Below, piece by piece: positions 12,311 to 25,404 of a stretch of DNA of 64,000 nucleotides (the stretch's first letter is position 1; every line of letters starts with the position of its first letter). The DNA lies in the NCBI GenBank assembly GCA_017499595.2, contig CM039003.1, positions 3,224,001 to 3,288,000 on the forward strand. Direction: 5' to 3'. The notes below the pieces were generated by a model. It did not search any database and was not told the origin of the DNA. It worked only from the letters and a program-made list of their open reading frames with translations. A program made the position numbers and the translations under genes. The DNA comes from Psilocybe cubensis (taxonomy: Eukaryota).

Positions 12311-13232
12311 ATGGAGAACACTACTCGTCAAGCTTCGTCATCAGGTTCCCTGGTGGAACCTGTCCCCATGGCCGTCTCCGAACCCTATATCGGATTTCAC
12401 CACCCTATGGTAACATCGCATATCAACTTTACACCAGTCTCTCGTTCTGCTCCTCCTGTTCCCAAAACAGCCATGAGGATTAATTGGGAACCAAGGAGGT
12501 CTTCCGCTGATTTACCTGACGATAACGACGACCCCTCACTTGCCCCTGCACCTGCTAACCCTTCACAGTCAACTTCCTCGTCTGCCAACTCTCCGAACCC
12601 AGACCCTCCGAACCCTGCTGCGACGGCAGGGCCGTCGCAAACCACTTTACCCGCTCAAGGTGTCGCTACCGCAGGGCCCTCGTCTGCGCCAGTAGGCACT
12701 TCAAAAGTCATCATTATCCGGAAGCCCCCAGGTGAACCCGGTCGCCCAGGATCGGGTGGTTTTAATTTGGAAGATGTACTTGTGGGCGAGCACGACTGGG
12801 CCTTATCGGACGTTGAAACCCTGCAGGTAAGTTTATTTCGTTCGTCCTATATGTCTTTTCTTTACTCTATCACACAGGATTGGCTTCGCAGAGAGGCGAC
12901 CAAGACTCTCCGGCTCGATGCTAGTTATCGGTCGCAAAACCCGAGACTGATTGAGAGAATATGCAACAAGGTGTGTTCTGGTTTCAGTTCTGCTCAACTT
13001 ATCTCATGTTTTGCAGGCTATGCGTCCCGAGCACTGGCCTGTTTTGGCTAATTACGACAACTGTTGGCCTGTCAAGAGTGCCCTGAAATTGATCCTCAAA
13101 TACAAATCTGAAGCCTCGCGACGGGTAGAAGGGCGGAAAATGGCTGTGCGCGTTCGTAAAGCTATCAATAACCAAGAGGGCTCGCATGAATCGTCTAGCG
13201 AGGGCGGCAGTGGTAGCGATGAAGAGGCCTGA
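12311..13232 (+). CDS. Hypothetical protein with KPPGEPGRPGSGGFNL motif and C-terminal helical domain (element core)
   Basis: ORFs 12311..13051 and 12951..13232 are linked by GT-AG introns. Disordered N-terminus followed by a compact Trp-containing domain (..NYDNCWPVKSALKLILKY). Confidence 0.7.
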
Positions 13233-13861
13233 ATTCCCTCCCCCCAACTCTATACCATTGTGCCCTGGCTTGTTATACCTGTCCTTCCTTTATTTGTAAT
13301 GGTCTCTCCTCTCTACTCTTTTTTTCACGTTCATTTCCACATGCACTATTCATGTCCGACTCTAATCCACGTTCCTTTCCTCCTGCATCTGTTATTGCAT
13401 ACTATTCGGGTTTGAAACTCGTTGACATTGCTTTTCTTTACCCCGTCGCTCGTTTCCTGTACAACCTTTCTTCCCATACCATTATCAAATGTCTTAATGT
13501 GGAAATCCCTATGTCTCAATTTTAAAGTCATAGTCGCTCACTGTGAGGATGCACATCGTCTCCGAAAGTTTAATGGAAGTTTTCTGTCAGAAGACAAATT
13601 AGACATGAGCTATGATCCGCTTCCGAGCCCATTTTGACAAGTAAGTCTTGAACACATCGAAACCCAAGCTTGATTCTAACTTATCTAGACACGTTTGAAC
13701 ACGCCGGCCGAACTTCAATAACTTATTGTATCTGCCATAACGTTACACTGTGAGTACAACTGTTGTGGAGATAAGATTAGGTAACTACAAGGTAACTAAA
13801 CTATCCAGGGTCGCTCGAAAGTCACAGGATAAAAGTTGCGATTCTCCCTTCCCCACGACTT

Positions 13862-14416
13862 TTGTCGTCTGCTACCATCTACAAAACTATGGAATCGGGA
13901 GACGGATATTGCGCCAGAAACCACTATCACTTCCCGGACACACAGCGGCAGCAATTGCGGCAATTTCATGTCATCACATCACCCGCTCAATCTGTACCAA
14001 CCTATTCCCATCTACCTTTTCCAGACGGCGATGGGCACCCTAAATGCCCCAGTTGCACGAAGTCCATGAATAATGCAAATCGAAACCCCCCGTATAACCA
14101 ACGCTTTACTTATCGATCACACGTATCACTCGCAAATAATGCAAACCGAAGTCCTTTGCCATACAATCAGGTCTCACTCACTCGGCCACCTGAGCTACTC
14201 GACGTCACTCTTCCAAGTGATTATCTGAGTATTTTGGTCCGAGTTCAACATCCCACAATTGACCCCGGGGCTTCCTCCACTAATCGATCGAACTTCGAGC
14301 CTCATCCGTGCCCGTATATTTGCCAACTTTGTCCCTACCTTCAACAGATCATGTATCAAGAAGGCCCTCCCGAAGATATAGTCGGGATACAAGCAGTACG
14401 TTCAGCTTCCGTATAG
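13862..14416 (+). CDS. Possible small Cys/His-containing hypothetical protein
   Basis: 184-aa ORF with CPSC and CPYICQLC; no family recognised. Confidence 0.35.
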   Translation: MSSATIYKTMESGDGYCARNHYHFPDTQRQQLRQFHVITSPAQSVPTYSHLPFPDGDGHPKCPSCTKSMNNANRNPPYNQRFTYRSHVSLANNANRSPLPYNQVSLTRPPELLDVTLPSDYLSILVRVQHPTIDPGASSTNRSNFEPHPCPYICQLCPYLQQIMYQEGPPEDIVGIQAVRSASV

Positions 14417-14967
14417 TTCGCATTGCCTTGTACTTATCAAGAATTTCCCCACAGCGATCACCGATACCCCCTGAGAAAATATCTACCTATTCGGAATTGA
14501 CACCCCATCTCCAATATATGCAACAACATCAACGTCAACGATCGGAGGAAAGATAATCTCGAGCAAGGGTATTAAGTTCCTGCGCCATGCTTCCTGTTCT
14601 AATAATTCATGAGTTTGTAACAATGTCAGAGTCACTGGTTCTATTTAATTTTACCGCGACTTTCTATGAACGAATGCAACCATAAGGGTTTATGTGAAAA
14701 AGTCTCCCCATAAGTTGCACCTTCAACTGAAAATAATTCTGTATTGCAGGCAACTTACTTTATTTGAATGTCAGGTCGCGTAGAAGGCGCGTCAGGCCCG
14801 CATTAGGGTCACGGACTGTCTCGTGAAGATCTTAATGAATAGTTTAAAGTCCCGAACGTCTATCTCTTTGTTTCGTATGTCCTTTGTGTTTTAAACCTCG
14901 AAAGTGTTTAAATAGGCTAAGATCTAATGTGAAGCCAACTCCCACCTCGTTCCACCCATCCACCATC

Positions 14968-15539
14968 ATGGGCATTTTATGCTTCGCTGTCACAACGCTT
15001 GTCGTAGGCACCATGTTGGTCGGCATAGGCATTTTAACACACAATGGTTTATGGTTCTTTCTCGCGCTTTTTTCACCCATGACGTTGCTCGCTGTGTTCA
15101 CTTTTTACGATTATTACACGGTTGTCTACAACCCTTCTCCACACCTTTTAAACCTCAATAATTTGAGCTCACGCCCTGCCCCATTATTGCGCTCCGGACT
15201 GCGAAGCGAACGTCGTTATATCGTTTCCATGCCAGTATCTGTCAATACAGTCCGCAGCCTCCTCGACGGTTCTTTCGCTAATTCATATACGCCGACAACT
15301 GCCAATATTCTGGAAGCAATCGACCATATTTGGTCGCAAAACGACATAAACATCATGGAGGTATGCAGTTTTTTTACGGCGTGCTACCTTTGAATCTTAA
15401 AGTTCTTGCAGAGAATCCATGGACTTCAAAACCCTTGTCGATATCGCTTCCTCCATCGATCGGGCCAAAATATATATCTCGTTACAGACGTCGACCCGTA
15501 CGGTCCTTCCGCCGAGACCTCGCGATTGGGTCCTCGTGA
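14968..15539 (+). CDS. Small membrane protein, paralog A
   Basis: Hydrophobic N-terminus; ILEAIDHIWSQNDINIME, intron, then PWTSKPLSI..YISRYRRRP; paralogous to the gene at 31305. Confidence 0.55.
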
Positions 15540-16160
15540 ATTGGAATATTACTAGGACAGGACTCCAACCTGTTCGTATATTTTAACTGCTTGTTCACCG
15601 ATTCTGTTCTGATTACCTTGTAGTGCGGAATGTGCAAAGGCGTTCCAGCTTGGCAGTAGCATCTCGGTTATTCGTATATCTTCGCACCCAAGTTCCACTC
15701 ATGCTTCTATTTTTTTTCTTCTTTCCTCAGTCTCATCTCGATACTTAGTCCCGCAATAATGTTTTTCTTGTAAATCATATTTAGTTTTGGCTCTATGAAT
15801 ACTTAGTGCAATAATTTTCCGTTGTGTAAAGTTCACTGCATACGCAAATAGACATCCATTCCTAGGTCGGTTTAATTGTTTTTGCGCGCGACGGAACCCA
15901 TGGCCAACGCGCGCGATGTTTTGATGCCGATCAAGACTAGAAAGAGCGTTCAAACCTGGAGATGGCATGGAGATGGCCTGAGAAATAATGTTACTCGCTC
16001 AGTGACGAAAGAAAATACGCTCATAACAAGAATTAAAGGTAAATTGATCGGAAAACAAACTTTCAAGCTACTGATAACATGGACCACGAAACCGCTATAT
16101 TAGTCTAAGTAGAAGAATTTTGATATGTAACAATTATGAAAAGTTGCGCGCCACGAAATG

Positions 16161-19100
16161 TTAGGTATAGATTGCAGGATTCACCTCGTCGTCCTCCCCT
16201 GGAAATGGTTGAGCGGCCTGGGGGTCTAGCAATCGTAGTTCAAGGTCGGATAAAGTATTCAACCAGACCGGATTGTAGTAGTTTATGGGGAGTCTAGTTG
16301 GGGCAGGCCTCGTACTGTAATTTTGCCCTTGCCTTAACCGCTGACGGACATCAGGTTGACCTCCGGGGCGCCTACCACCATATGCAGTCGTGGCTGGCAA
16401 AGCATTATCGGCATCCGTCACGGTGTTCAGTAGCCGTGGATTTCGCCAATATAATATCCTAACGCTTCGGATTCCGCGCTCTTCAGAATCGCTCTCGTCG
16501 GAACTCATCCCATCATCTCCTAGCGTCACAATGGTCCGCGCATGATTTGGCATGTTCGCCTGTTGAGCACTATCAACACGGGTCTCATACAGCTGCAAAG
16601 TAAAGGCCGTTAGAGCAAGGAATTCGGACTAACTTGATAGCTTACTTTAGTCTGACGACGACGAACCCGCTTAAACCGGTCGCGTCCCTCTTTCTCCATC
16701 AACAGTCTATTTCCCGCATCCTGTTCAGTTTCATCCCCCCGTGGCATGGCGTTGGACATGTAATCCCTTAGAGTAGTGAGACGCCGAAGGAAACATTGTT
16801 CAATTTCTTCCTCTTGCCCCCGATATTCTGGATATTGTCGCACTAAAGAATCTGCAAAGAGGTTTGCCATGTGACGGTTCCATTGTGTGTTGACTCTGTC
16901 AAAATACAACTGGAAAGGTGTCATCGTCGGAGGATCTCGTCGTCGGCGCTCTAAACGATCCACTTCAACCTCGTCGGCGATGTGAATATTATCAAGATCG
17001 GAGTAGATTTGGCTGTCACGATGATCTGCAGGGAGATCGAGACATTTGCGCAGATGTAGGCGCACTGCTTGCTAAAAATTCTGGGCTTAAGTAAAGCATT
17101 GATATATAGGTAGTAAAAACTATACCGTCAACTGTGTGCGGTCAATTGTACGAGGCCTAGCTGGAGCCTTCTCTTTGAAGGGAGACTTGACTTTCGTAGG
17201 CGTCTGACGTACTCTGGGTCCTCTTCCGTTTGCCAAATCATCCCGCAAGCCGTTGACACTGGCAGTCATAGTTTGTATACATTCAATCAGCATGTTATCG
17301 GTATTGGGTCGTGGCGAAGGGTGCTGATCATCGTCTGAAGGCATATTGGGAGCCGTAACGGTCGAAGTCGGATGCCTTGGCGTGTTGGCCATCGGAGGAG
17401 CCGGCTGAGCAGTGGCAGGAGATTTTGCGCGCTGGGCACTGGCACCAGAGCGTTCTGCGTGCCGAGCTTGATAGGCAGCGAGTTGAGGATTTGTACTGGC
17501 ACCAGAGCGATTTGCATGACGCACTTGATAGGCAGCGAGTTGAGGATTTGCAGTTGAGGAGTTGGGAGGGACAGATGTGTTAGACGTTCGCACTTCGGAG
17601 GCCGAATGTCTTGGCGTGGTTGGCGTGGTAGGCATCGCTGGAACTGTACGATCAACGACAGGACTGACAGTAGGGCGGGTCGCATGACGAGCTTGATAGG
17701 CAGCACGGTAAGGATCATTCACCGCAGAGGTAGCAGAGGTAGGCGCTATGGTAGAGTTTGAAGCGGGAAGGCGCCCTAGCCGTTGCATAGCAGCGGCAAA
17801 GTATCGCTCTGTTGCTGACTGACCTGTAGGAGGGATAGGGGTCGCGCGGTTAGAATCCCTGCGTCTTTGAGATGGTGGAATTGTGGTATATCTTGTAGGA
17901 AAAAAACCCGGAATTATATATCGCCGAGGTGATGCTGATCTTGGAACAGGTCTTTGGTGTGTTGTCCCATCTTCCATATGTTCGTCGTCTGAGTCCAGCG
18001 GGGGTGACGAATTGGGAGCTCGAGGCGAATTCCGGAGCGGAGAACTATCTACCATTTCGTCATCTTCATCCCTCGAGGCTTCATTTTGAGGAGGATTTGA
18101 CGGTGGAACAGCTGATTGTCCGCGCTGGGCAATCTAAGATACCTCGTTAGGATCAACAAGATCACCACATACATTATTGCGTACTCGTGAATGTATAGAA
18201 AACCCGGCATTGCGCTTGTTGATCCCAATCTAGAAGACATCGAGGTAAATTATTAGGTACTACGTACGAATGGATTGTTTAACATACCAGCCTCCGCCGG
18301 GCATCCAACCTCCTAATTTCCGTTGGTTCATAATCATCCTCAGTATTGTGAGTTCTGTTCTTCATAACTGAATTAATGCGAGCCTGCAAAACCTTGGAGG
18401 TGTGATCAGAATCGAAGATTGACAAGGAGGGGAACAGATTTACTTCATTCTTAATTCGTTCGTTCTTTAATATGTCCTCCAACGCACTTGTCGTGTTACC
18501 GAATTCGGTATTGCTTGATTCCAGCTCGTTCAAGCGACCTTGATTTGCCTGACATTGTTGTGCCAGATTGGAAACTTGGAGACGCAGGCTGGACTAATAA
18601 TGATACCTTATCAGTCGGATTTGTTGAGGCATAGGCTAAACTAGAATCCTACCACCGTATCCTCGTAAGTGGCCTTCATTTGATTCATCTCGGCCTGTGC
18701 TCTGTATCAGCAACAATGCCATGATTAAAGATTGACAGACAAACCATTCGGTTAGTTTGCTCTGCTTTCAGAGCGTTCTCGGCGTCCGCTGATTTTTGTT
18801 GATGGAGATCCATTTGGGACTTGAGATCGCGTTCGAGCGCATGATACTGTTTCTGCGACTCCTCTCGCTGGTTTTGTAATTGTGCTGTAAGGCGGGTTAT
18901 CTCGTTTGACGCAACACGCAACCGTTCATTGAGGCCCGTGATAGTTTGTTGATCTTCCACACGTGTCGTGTTTGCGCGCTCTAGCTGTTGTTGGAGAGCA
19001 TTGATTTGGTCCTGTGCGTGTGCTGCACTTTGCGATGTGTTGAGATTTGCAATTGTCGAATTCGCGTCCCGGAGCTGTTGCTGAAGAGAGTTAATTTGTT

Positions 19101-21057
19101 CCTGTGCAAGGGCCGCCGTATTTTGTGAGGCACTTAAACTTTCAATCCTCGAATTTGCTGCCTGGAGCTGCTGCTGTAACGTTGCTGCTGCACGTTGCGA
19201 TGCGTTGAGATTTTCAATTGTCGAATTCGCGTCCCGGAGCTGTTGCTGAAGAGAGTTAATTTGTTCCTGTGCAAGGGCCGCCGTATTTTGTGAGGCACTT
19301 AAATCTTCAATCCTCGAATTTGCTTGCTGGAGCTGCTGCTGTAACGTTGCTGCTGCACGTTGCGATGCGTTGAGATTTTCAATTGTCGAATTCGCGTCCC
19401 GGAGCTGTTGCTGAAGAGAGCTAATTTGTTCCTGTGCAAGGGCCGCTGTATTTTGTGAGGCACTTAAATCTTCAATCCTCGAATTTGCTTGCTGGAGCTG
19501 CCGCTGTAACGTACTGACTTCGCTGGATTTCTCTTGCTGCAGACGAGCGATGTCGTTTTCTAAATCTGAGATTTGTGCGAAGAGTTGTTGACCTCGCGAA
19601 GCAACCGCAGCTTCGAGATCGGCATTCGTTTTCTCGTGACGCTCCTGAGCTTCAAGACGCTGGCGGTCGTATGCTTTAGATAAGGACTCTGCACGCCGAA
19701 GTTTGATCAACGCTGACGAGAGGTCGCCTTGTTGAGTTTTAACAGTTTCTTCAAGCCCTTTGGAGCTCTCCTTCTCCGTCCGCATTGCCTTCGACAGCTT
19801 GGTATACTGCGAACGTACAGCCTCTACCTCCTTTTTGCTCCTTTCTGCTTTCTTTTCAGCATTTTTGATGGCATTCTTCGACTTAGTTAGCTGTACGATG
19901 GTGGTAAATACGCAAATCTTGCAACATAGGAAATAAATTAACATACTTCCGCTCGTTCATCATCAATGATTTTCTTGAGCACCTCTTCCCTCTGCTTGAT
20001 CTAAAAAAGCAATGAATACATAAATGACAAGAAAAGTAGATTTTGGGTAACGTGCCTGTTGCTTGCTCAGCTCTGCGATGTCGACGTCTTTCTGTTCGAT
20101 GACTTGGACTTTGGTGGTATGGTCTTCCGGTGCAGCTCGTCGTTTCTTCGCCTTAGACTGGTTAGACTGGTTCGGATCACTTCTAGTGAAATTGAACAAA
20201 TTTCCAGACAAAACGGGTATAAAAAACCGTGGAAATGTAGAGGTGCTACTGGGATTTGACGACGTAGGTAGTGTAGGATCAATGTCCATAGACGTTTCAG
20301 GGTTCGGAGGAGGATTAGTGTTGGCGGAAGACTCGTTCTGTCGGAAATGTCCAGGAAAAAGCACGTCGGAAGACCCAATCCGTGGGATATGTCCAGCGGA
20401 TGGCCGAGAGACACTATTCGCAATGGAGGATCCTTGGGCACCCCGAACATCTGTAGCAAACCGGAAAGGCGCCTGATCGATCGAACTAGCGCCGTTGGTG
20501 GGCTGAGAAACAGAGGGAGCAACACGATCTGGGACGGAAGATCCTTGGGCTCCCTGGTCATCTGCAGCAAGCCGGGGTGGTAAGAGAGTAACCGCATTTA
20601 CAGGAGCTTGATTGGTCAAACTAGCGCCATTGCTGGGCTGAGAAACAGAGGGAGCAACACGATTTGGGACTGAAGATCCTTGGGCTCCCTGGTCATCTGC
20701 AGCAAGCCGGGGTGGTAAGAGAATAACCGCATTTACAGGAACCTGATTGGTCAAACTAGCGCCATTGGTGGGCTGAGAAACAGAGGGAGCAATGGAGGCT
20801 GTACGTGCACCGTGTTCATCTGCGGCAGGTCCGGGTGGAGGAATTGGAAAAGAAACCGCTACATTAGAAGGCGTAGCGTTGGACAAAGTAGCTCCAGCTC
20901 CTCCTTGTTCTACTTGTTCTAGACGTTCCGTCGGGTAATCAGGTGATGTGTCCATTGAGGAGGGTTCTTGATCAGTGGAAGATCCAGTTGCCGAAGGAGT
21001 AAGTAAGGCCACGATCCTCTCCTTGAGGGGCAACGTTTCCCGTCGGGTGGACGACAT
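16161..21057 (-). CDS. Large multi-exon protein: low-complexity N-terminus, repeat-expanded coiled coil, Pro-rich linker, C-terminal LGDDGMSSDES/YWRNP domain (element core)
   Basis: Successive minus-strand ORFs (19963..21129, 18685..19944, 18279..18533, 17120..18055, 16610..17065, 16161..16598) are separated by short GT-AG introns. Could be two genes. Confidence 0.7.
19037..19512 (-). repeat. 165-bp coding tandem repeat (55 aa, ~3 copies)
   Basis: aattgtcgaattcgcgtcccggagc recurs at 19051, 19216 and 19381. Confidence 0.95.
20485..20792 (-). repeat. 135-bp coding tandem repeat (45 aa, ~2.3 copies)
   Basis: ggctgagaaacagagggagc recurs at 20501, 20636 and 20771. Confidence 0.9.
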
Positions 21058-21261
21058 GGGTATGATACTGAGGATGCCTGCCTTCCCGAGGTCACCTTTT
21101 GTACACTCAGATGGGGGCTCTTTATTCAAAAACTCTTTGTGAATACCGGGAATAAGGAAACAAAGAGGGACTCACCTAAAAGATAGCAGCCAAACCGTAT
21201 TCGCGCCTCATACTTTCCTCCCTAATTACCGCCACATCCACCTCCATACTTTTTCGCCGAC

Positions 21262-21827
21262 ATGGTATCATCGTTGATGACCTTCCGGTCGACTACAAGG
21301 GTGAGATGAAATCGAAGTTTATATGAATAACGACTCACTTCGACCAAGGATCTCCATATGACCCTTAATGCCAGATATTATGCGGTCGATGCAAACCGTG
21401 CTGTAACGAAGAAAATACACACTCTTGCAAACGCGAGCGGGAGGAGTCCTAGACTGGACTTATTGATGGGCGGGAAATCGCTGCAGCCACACATACATGA
21501 CGGCGTGGTGTCGATCGTTAACAAAGGGCGGACTACACGCTTTCATATCTTCGTTAAGAATCACAAGTTTCTGCCTCGCAACAAATCTCTTAGACGCTGG
21601 GGAAATGCACGATGGAGAGGGGATGTCGTCGTGTTCCGCAAAGGTCTAAGTCTGGACCTCGTCAATTTCACCATACGGGATGGGAAGTTGGCTGACCACG
21701 CAGTGAAGAGGTGAGCTGGCGATACTGAGAGTATAGAAGAACGCTAACAGTACCTAGGTTTGTGGAAACTGTTCGCCAACAGCCAAGGTTCCGCATCCCA
21801 AAGGACCTCTCCTTCACAATGCCCTGA
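21262..21827 (+). CDS. Small basic hypothetical protein with WRGDVVVFR motif (element core)
   Basis: Three exons around ORF 21358..21714 with GT-AG introns, ending ..KDLSFTMP*. Confidence 0.65.
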
Positions 21828-22427
21828 GCGACTTCTGCTCTATCTGAGCGTCTTCTGCTCTGTTTCCTGTTTTTTCTGTTTCCTGTCTTATTTTGGCGGT
21901 TCTCCATCGTTCCGACTTTCGTTCGTTTGTAAACTAATTTGTACACATATTTACGATCTACTGTAAATATATTTACTACTACTTACGCACTGAGCGACAT
22001 GGTGTGTTATGGGTGGAAAGAGAACGAAACCGTGAGAAAATGCCGACCACGCCATGATGAACCCCCGGAATTTTCAAGCCGCGTTGCCGAGGAGAATACC
22101 GCACGCGATAATCGGCTTGAGCGGCTTGAAATTCCGAGGGGTACATATTGAGCTACTCAACATATTCTCACGCTTTCTCTTTTCCTCAACGTTAACGACA
22201 GCCTTGAGTAGCAGAACCATAGGTACGTTTTTAAACAATGTTGGTATGAAGTTAGCTAGAGGTGATGTACGTGAATAACAAAAAAAACAAAAATACATGA
22301 GTTGAACGAGTCTCCACCTACGAGCACAATAAGAAAATATGATGCGATCGTGTCTTAATAACGACCAGCTGATGACCACACAGCACAAGCAGTGTAGCGC
22401 AGACCAGAGTGTTTCGCGAAAATCGCA

Positions 22428-25149
22428 ATGAAGAAGGTATGTCATGATTCCTTGATATCTTAATCCGTTTAGGTTAGTAACATTATTACAGATAGATCCC
22501 AGAATCCGCCAGTTCCTGGACACCGAAGCTCAAGTTGACGACGAAATTTCTGAGGAAGACGAACAGACGGGATCCGGAGAAATAGATAGAGAAGGTGAAT
22601 ATTATACTTCAAACACATTTACCCTACTAATATAACCCTTGCCATTGAGATGGATTCATCGACGATGATACACCCCCGGATGTTGGGCATTCCGTTCTAC
22701 CGACCCAGTTATCAGTTCATAGGCATACCGAGGGAGCATTAGAGCGCTTGATTTCGCGCATCGAGTCCAGAATCAATGCCGCGGGAGATGGGGGATTCGC
22801 CATTCCTGAAGATCCAGACGATACACTCCATGACAATGGTTTGTTGTACATACCTAGGGCGGATGATTATCCACTGTGGCGGGTTGAATGTAGAGTGCGT
22901 ACCCTACCGTTATTGACACTGGGCGTTCTAAACTGAATGGATCTTCGCAGGTTGGTATTGAAGAACAGGCTGTGATGTCTCTGCTCAGCACAGTCTCGGA
23001 AGTACATCAGGTTCGTTCCGCATTCACTCGAGGATCAACACAGGGCAGTATCTATATCGAATGTAAAATGAACCAAGCCCTCGTCGACCTTCTTCTACGG
23101 ACACCAGGTGTACTGCGTAACGGCTTGGGTATCAAACGACAGCTCATCGACTCTTCAGAGTATAGTCAAGTGCTTGGGATGAGGGATGGTCCCGTGGACG
23201 TCGGTGCATGGGTAGTCATCAAGAAAGGCTTGTACAAGGGAGACGTTGGCGTGGTTTCACAAAAAAGTTTTCAACATGCCCGTATTCTCCTCATTCCTCG
23301 GCTACATACGACCCCACAGAACCCCCTCAAGCGAAAATCATCGACTGTTAAGCCGGCTGCTAAGCTCTTCGATCCGGATCACTTTCGACAGCTTTTCCCA
23401 ACCGACGTGCAGAGCCGTGGGCCTGATTGCTACTGCTTTCGCGATATGGACTTCGAACAAGGGCTTCTGGCCCAAAATTTGGACCACCGTTCATTCACAG
23501 TTAACGTCAAGGACATACCCCATGACTTCTACACCATGTTTAGAATGAGCCAACACCCAGCAGTTAATCGCTCGCATATGCCACGCCCGCGCGAATGGAC
23601 TTTGAAAGAAGGCGACGCGGTTCTCATTTGCAGCACCCCTTCAACCTCTACGTCGTTTTTTGCCCCAGCTATCTTGAAGGTTATGGATACCTACTATGCG
23701 GAAGTCCTCGAAATAGGGACACACGGTGTACCTCTAGCCGACAACCCAACAAAACGTGTGCCGTGGCAAGAAATCAGGAAGGATGTTAAAATCGGACAAC
23801 ATGTTTGTGTACGGGGTGGACATCATACTGGCAAGACAGGCTGGGTAGTTGCTCTCAAAGATGATCGAGTTCATTTTGTCAGCAAGAAGTTTGAAGGTGA
23901 AATACCTACTTATTTTAGGGATGGTGACGAGGTCATTGAAGTGAGGTCTCCATTTTGTTATTCGTTCTACTTTTGCAACTCTATTGGCTTACTTATCTCT
24001 TGACAGTCAACAGAGGTTTTTGTCAACTTTGTAGACATTGCAAAGGAGCCCGTCGTGCTGCACCACAAGCACGAGCCAGAACAAACTGCCATAATCCCTT
24101 ATGTGCGCCAGCCAGAATCTGGTCCCCTTCCCAAGACGCCTCCACATCCATGGTGTGGAGTAAAAGTGAAGATATCTAAGCAGCACCATCCTCGAAAAGG
24201 CGAATACGGAGTAATTCAGGATGTCAAGGAAAATCTCGATGACAATACTATAACGTTGCACATGCAGTTGACGCGATACGACCCGAATGCCCCATTTCAC
24301 AGAATATCAGTCCGTTACGACGACGTCGTTGAATTTGCGTAAGCGCATTCCATCTCACACAGGTCATGCAACACTCATTATTTTCAACGTAGATCTTCTC
24401 TTGAGCTCGTCCTGTTCCTTGATCCCGGTGAGGGTCATATTCGACCTACCCCAACGCAAACTTTGTCTACGCCGCAACCCGAGCAAGGTCATGATACATC
24501 CGCCCATCACCCTTATCTGATGGAGAGGCCGTCTGGTAGTGCAACGCCCCTTCCGACACCAGCACCAAATAATTTGTCTTCTCCACCTAGTCCAGCTTGG
24601 GACCCCTCTTCGAGAACTCCGTTATCTGATTCCGTGGCGTCTGATCCATTGTGGATGCCTCCAGCACCACCCCCACATGTCCTCTTGAACCCAAAACTCG
24701 TGGGAGTTAAACTGAATGCTGTAGTTGACGGCGGAGATTTTTCTAAGCAGCTAATTGCAGTGTCTATCGAGCTTCATGGCAACGAGGTTGTTCTCCGACA
24801 TAAAAAATATCACACATGGATTTCATTAGAACCCCGTTGGGTCACCCCTAAATACCCTCATCCAATTCACGACAACAACCTTCTCGTCGTCATAAAAGGA
24901 GATCACAGCGGCAAATACGTTCGTCGCATTCATCACCGACTAGATCAGCTAACCAAGAAAATCAACATTATTCTATCCGTTGTGGCCAGGACCGTCGGCT
25001 CGCCTGATTCCTTAACTGGCGAGCAATTGGAACTCGATCCGCAGTTTCTTTGTACTGTTCCCGAAACAAAGAAAGAAAGAGAATTGAACTGGCGTGTCAT
25101 GAATACAACGCGAGCTATGCATAATCGCGGACCTAGTCAAAATCAGTAG
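22428..25149 (+). CDS. Divergent Spt5/NusG-like transcription elongation factor paralog (acidic N-term, NGN, multiple KOW, short CTR-like segment)
   Basis: QFLDTEAQVDDEISEEDE (Spt5 N-term); LWRVECRVGIEEQAV..RSAFTRGSTQGSIYIEC (NGN); VGAWVVIKKGLYKGDVGVV..LLIPRL (KOW1); KIGQHVCVRGGHHTGKTGWVV (KOW); SGSATP..SPAWDPSSRTP; LVVIKGDHSGKY (C-terminal KOW). Confidence 0.85.
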
Positions 25150-25404
25150 TGCAATGTAACTAGTCCATCGTGTACCAACTTTTTGCGGATTTTATGTCTC
25201 TTAATTTGCGTACGTATTTCTTGGGTGTTTTTTCGGTGTTTTTTTTGTGTAGCGACATGTGCCAAATTTAATAAAGGCAAAGATGTTTATCATCAAGTAC
25301 ATGCGCAAAGGCCCAAATGGGCGTGTCGTTAAACAAAGGCAAGGTATATACATATAACACACGACGCGATACGGGCAGTTAGTTTTCCTCCACCAATTCT
25401 ACTC

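Noticed and set aside
22428-25149. Housekeeping SPT5 ortholog
   Set aside because: Too divergent, short acidic region, no extended CTR repeats, and located inside a transposon, so no gene symbol was assigned.
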